Shown one piece after another: positions 60,136 through 64,000 of a stretch of DNA of 64,000 bases. The stretch is from sequence record DRR723986_5772; one strand, 5' to 3'. Made by a program: the position numbers and the translations under genes. The number at the start of each line of letters is the position of its first letter. Position 1 is the first letter of the stretch. The notes under the pieces were generated by a model. That model worked only from the letters and a program-made list of their open reading frames with translations, did no database searches and was not told where the DNA came from.

Positions 60136-61089
60136 TTACTTTGACCACTCAAAGGTATCTTCCAGGCTATGATAGGAGGTTCTTAATAACTTGTTGACTT
60201 TGCTGCTATCGAAAAAAACTTTTTGTTGTGAAATCATGGCAGTCTTCCTATTCAGAGGGCTTTTACTCAGCCCTAATTTTCTAAGCGTTGTATTGAAGAA
60301 TACTGCAATTTTTAACATCAAAGGACTTACTGCTTTACTAGGTGCTTTTTTCCCGTAAGTCGAGGCCATTTTCTCAAAAAATTCTTTATACGAAATGCTT
60401 TCTTTGTTTAAAATAAACCGCTCGCCCCAAGCTTCTTTATCTACCAAGGCTCTCACTTGCTGTGCCGCATCACGCACATCTATATAATTCAAATCTCCTT
60501 CAGGATAATAGGTGTGTTCATCGATGACATAATGGTATATGTCGGTGGAGGATCGATCATCGCTGATCTTCCCCAATAATATCGAAGGATTTACAACAAT
60601 CAAATCTATTCCTTCCTGCTCTCCACGCCAAGCTTCCAGTTCAGCTAAATACTTAGAAACACCATAATCTGTATTAAGTGGAGACTCCACCCACTTAAAG
60701 TTCTCATCAAGATGCCTTAATTCAGGACTGCGCCCTATCGCGGCAACAGAACTGACATGTACCAGCTTTTTTACTCCGGTGTTCAACATGGCATTGACTA
60801 CATTAGTAGTGCCAGTCATATTAATTCGATAAAGACTATCTTTTTCGCCTGGGTCAAAAGAAACCTTACCTGCCGCATGGATCACCAAATCAATCCCATT
60901 CATAGCTTCTTCTAGCGATTCAATATCCGAAAGCTTCCCTTCATGCCAAATTATAGGAAATTGCGCCTCATCAATTAACCTAGTAGAAGAGCTTGACCTA
61001 CGCAAACCATGTATTTCTCCAAGAGTAGCAAATTCCTTCGCTAAATAGCTGCCAAACAATCCCGTAATACCTGTGATGAGAATTTTCAT
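60136..61089 (-). CDS. NAD-dependent epimerase/dehydratase
   Basis: ITGITGLFG, HAAG, VSSVAA, YGVSK. Confidence 0.92.
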   Translation of the reverse strand: MKILITGITGLFGSYLAKEFATLGEIHGLRRSSSSTRLIDEAQFPIIWHEGKLSDIESLEEAMNGIDLVIHAAGKVSFDPGEKDSLYRINMTGTTNVVNAMLNTGVKKLVHVSSVAAIGRSPELRHLDENFKWVESPLNTDYGVSKYLAELEAWRGEQEGIDLIVVNPSILLGKISDDRSSTDIYHYVIDEHTYYPEGDLNYIDVRDAAQQVRALVDKEAWGERFILNKESISYKEFFEKMASTYGKKAPSKAVSPLMLKIAVFFNTTLRKLGLSKSPLNRKTAMISQQKVFFDSSKVNKLLRTSYHSLEDTFEWSK

Positions 61090-61104
61090 TGACTTTTATG
61101 CAAA

Positions 61105-61851
61105 TCAAAGAGAGCAATTAAGCAATTCTAGTTGCTTCAATTTTTGGTACAATTTTGATTTCGGAAGGCTTTCCATCATATCCAAATAGCGCGGATTATG
61201 GCAGTCGGTCCCTAGGAACCTAACCAGCCCAGTCTCCACCAGCATTTCTCCAAAGTCCTTTACAGGTTTGGAATAAAACCCAGTCAGGGATAATATGTTT
61301 ACTTGAAAAAGTATTTGTCTATCAGTAAGGTCCTGAAGTAACCCCTTATCTGAAATCAGGTAATGGTATCGCTCTGGGTGGGCTAGAATTGGTTTGTAAC
61401 CCGCCATTTCAAGTTGAAAAAGTATTTCCAATAGCATTTGAGGCTTATTTATAAAGCCTGTTTCTACGAGAATATAGTTATTTCCAAATGTCAGAACCTC
61501 TTCTCCATTTTTAATTTTCTCCAAGAAAATCTCATCCATGTAATACTCCGCAGCAGCCTCTAATTCAATAGAAATACCTTCTTTCTTAACCGCTTTGCGT
61601 AAATCCTCAAGCCCCATATTGATTATTTCCGGCGTATTGCGATAATACTCAGACATAATATGTGGAGTGGTAATTATTTTTCGCAAGCCATAATCAGCAA
61701 GCCGTTTTATCAAATGGAGCGATTCCTCCATGGTCTTAGATCCGTCATCTATTCCCGGAATCAGATGCGAGTGCATATCCACCTGTAACCAACTAAGGTC
61801 AAGGTCCTCAATCACCTCTGGTTTTCTTTTAAATAGATCTAAAAATCCCAT
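61105..61851 (-). CDS. PHP-type tyrosine-protein phosphatase (CpsB/CapC/YwqE family)
   Basis: DMHSHLIPGIDDG, TTPH, AAEY, LAHPERY, GTDCH. Confidence 0.93.
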   Translation of the reverse strand: MGFLDLFKRKPEVIEDLDLSWLQVDMHSHLIPGIDDGSKTMEESLHLIKRLADYGLRKIITTPHIMSEYYRNTPEIINMGLEDLRKAVKKEGISIELEAAAEYYMDEIFLEKIKNGEEVLTFGNNYILVETGFINKPQMLLEILFQLEMAGYKPILAHPERYHYLISDKGLLQDLTDRQILFQVNILSLTGFYSKPVKDFGEMLVETGLVRFLGTDCHNPRYLDMMESLPKSKLYQKLKQLELLNCSL

Positions 61852-62402
61852 TACAATCCTCCTTCACTAATCTTAAATTCTTCTAACGTGGGCCAAACAG
61901 CATCTTTATCCGATGTGATCGGGTCTTTCACTTGCCAATCAATGGCTAATGCTGGGTCATTCCAAAGAATTCCCCCTTCGCTAGCTTTATGATAATAATT
62001 AGAGCACTTGTAGGCGAATATCGCATCATCCAAAACTGAAAAGCCATGCGCAAATCCTGCTGGAACATACATCAGATTATTTCTGTCAGCATCAAGAATA
62101 GTTGAGTATTTCTCACCAAAGGTTGAAGAATCTCTTCTCAAATCTACGATCACATCGAGCACCTTCCCTTGTATAACTCTTACTAATTTCGCCTGAGCAT
62201 ATTCACCTTTCTGAAAATGTAATCCTCGGACTGTCCCTTTCTGGGAATAGCTCTGATTATCTTGCACCCAGTCATGCACTACACCTTCAGAATGCAACCA
62301 ATCTGCTCGATAGGACTCAAAGAAATAACCTCTTTGATCCTCAAAAATCCTAGGAAATACCTCTAGTACACCTGGTAAAGGTGCTTTTATTATTTGGGCC
62401 AT
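61851..62402 (-). CDS. rfbC: dTDP-4-dehydrorhamnose 3,5-epimerase
   Basis: D.RG.F.E, QDN.S.S, RGLHFQ, QAKLVR, GFAHGF, WNDP. Start MAQIIKAP. Confidence 0.95.
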   Translation of the reverse strand: MAQIIKAPLPGVLEVFPRIFEDQRGYFFESYRADWLHSEGVVHDWVQDNQSYSQKGTVRGLHFQKGEYAQAKLVRVIQGKVLDVIVDLRRDSSTFGEKYSTILDADRNNLMYVPAGFAHGFSVLDDAIFAYKCSNYYHKASEGGILWNDPALAIDWQVKDPITSDKDAVWPTLEEFKISEGGL

Positions 62403-62603
62403 GGGGTGAATATTGATACTGGCATTGAAAGGTAAAATAACCAAGAGACAAAACACTATCCTAATCAATTCTAAGGAAATATGTCGAACTTTGTTGAATC
62501 CGATGCTAGAAATTCTAAAAACAGTACTTTAACTGGTGGTTTTTACGATAATAAGGAAACTAATTTCAAGTTTTCCGCATTGTTTTGACATAGAATACAA
62601 AAT

Positions 62604-63854
62604 ATGAGTAAACATTCCCGAAAAATCCAAAAACTTTACGAAACAGCTCCGAAAGAGGAAACTGCCATTTTAGTAAGTGTGGTGAGACAATATCAAACTG
62701 AGCAACAAACTGAGGAATATTTAGATGAATTAGCTTTTTTGACTGAGACCTTAGGTGCAAAGACTGTCTATCGCTTTACCCAAAAAATGGAAAAGCCTGA
62801 TATCAAGACATTTGTGGGTACTGGTAAACTTGAGGAAATCGCTGCCTACATTAAGCATTTTGAAGTAGATATGGTCATATTCGATGATGACCTCTCGCCT
62901 TCTCAAATGAGAAATCTTGAGAATGAACTTAAGGTGACTATCTACGACAGATCCTTATTAATCTTAGATATTTTCTTGAATCGCGCGCAATCTGCTCAGG
63001 CTAAAACCCAAGTAGAACTGGCAAGATTCCAATATTTGCTTCCTCGATTGACAAATATGTGGACTCACTTAGAGCGGCAGCGAGGAGGAACTACCACTCG
63101 AGGCGGTGCAGGTGAAAAGGAGATAGAAACGGATAAGCGAGATATCCGAGGAAGAATTACACTCCTCAAGGAAAAGCTTCGTGAAATAGAAAAACAAGGA
63201 GAAACTCAGCGAAAAGGCAGAAAGGGGATTGTCCGAGTGGCCGTAGTTGGCTATACCAATGTGGGTAAAAGCACATTGATGAACTTGATCACCAAAACCA
63301 ATATTCTAGCTGAAAATAAGCTTTTCGCAACGGTAGACTCTACTGTCAGAAAAGTAGTACTTGAAAATGTACCTTTCTTACTGTCTGATACAGTTGGATT
63401 TATTCGAAAACTCCCTACGCATCTAATTGCAGCATTTAAATCTACACTAGATGAGATACGTGAAGCGGACTTACTTGTGCATGTGGTAGATATTTCTCAC
63501 CCTCATTTTGAGGATCACATTGCTGTCGTTACTCAAACGCTCAATGAGATCAAAGCAGGAGATAAGCCTACCCTACTCGTTTTCAATAAAATCGACTTAG
63601 TAGAAACTATGCCTAGTGAGGAAGAAAGCATGAAGATGACAGAGCTTGAACTCGAAGAAGCAAACTTTATTGATTTTGAGGCGCTTGCAGACGCATATCA
63701 GAAAAAAACCGGGATTCCACCAGTATTCATGGCCGCAGTAAATGGTCAGAATGTGGAAGGTTTTCGCCAGGCTTTGATAGCAGAAGTAAAAAAGCAGCAT
63801 CGAAAAATATATCCTCACTACCTAGAGGATCAAACATTTTCTCTAGAAGAATAA
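62604..63854 (+). CDS. hflX: GTPase HflX
   Basis: LILDIF..RA, GEKEIE.D.R, GYTNVGKS, LFAT.D, DTVGFI, NKID. Confidence 0.97.
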   Translation: MSKHSRKIQKLYETAPKEETAILVSVVRQYQTEQQTEEYLDELAFLTETLGAKTVYRFTQKMEKPDIKTFVGTGKLEEIAAYIKHFEVDMVIFDDDLSPSQMRNLENELKVTIYDRSLLILDIFLNRAQSAQAKTQVELARFQYLLPRLTNMWTHLERQRGGTTTRGGAGEKEIETDKRDIRGRITLLKEKLREIEKQGETQRKGRKGIVRVAVVGYTNVGKSTLMNLITKTNILAENKLFATVDSTVRKVVLENVPFLLSDTVGFIRKLPTHLIAAFKSTLDEIREADLLVHVVDISHPHFEDHIAVVTQTLNEIKAGDKPTLLVFNKIDLVETMPSEEESMKMTELELEEANFIDFEALADAYQKKTGIPPVFMAAVNGQNVEGFRQALIAEVKKQHRKIYPHYLEDQTFSLEE

Positions 63855-64000
63855 AAATTTCTGATTGGGTATTAATTCTGTTGATACCCAATTTTTTATT
63901 ACTTCTCCCTATTCTTTTCTATTATTATTTTCCCTATCCTCACTATAATTTTTGACCTTTTTCTTTAGCTAACCATACAAGTATGAGTTCTGAGTATTCT

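Noticed and set aside
63983-64000. Start of a further CDS at the right edge
   Set aside because: Only six codons are visible; cannot be identified.

Overview
Bacteroidota chromosome segment, most like Cyclobacteriaceae/Algoriphagus (inferred from gene content, gene order and TAnnTTTG promoter boxes). Positions 1-26012 carry a co-oriented extracellular contractile injection system (eCIS; Afp/PVC/AlgoCIS type), truncated at the left edge. In order it encodes two sheath paralogues, two tube proteins, a 51-aa plug-like ORF missed by the ORF track, a LysM tube initiator, a VgrG-like spike, PAAR, gp25, two large baseplate proteins, a modular fibre-like protein, a tape measure and an AAA+ ATPase. 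It ends in a 1358-aa DUF4157 protein with three 138-aa repeats and a C-terminal endonuclease domain, with no evident immunity gene. Three proteins of the locus carry predicted nucleic-acid-binding add-ons: a ComEA-like HhH inside the baseplate, an HhH-like tail on the toxin, and tandem HeH/SAP-like motifs on the fibre. Positions 26-31.8 kb form an AT-rich variable zone (permease remnant, LRR protein, hypotheticals). Positions 33.6-64 kb are mostly housekeeping (rpiB, tatC, glyA, rsmI, lptC, coaX, anmK, alr, purU, aroE, comA, rfbC, hflX), interrupted at about 55 kb by two cassette-like genes separated by an attC-like palindrome. No rRNA, tRNA, CRISPR array or transposase was recognised. All family calls are by eye from motifs; no searches were run.
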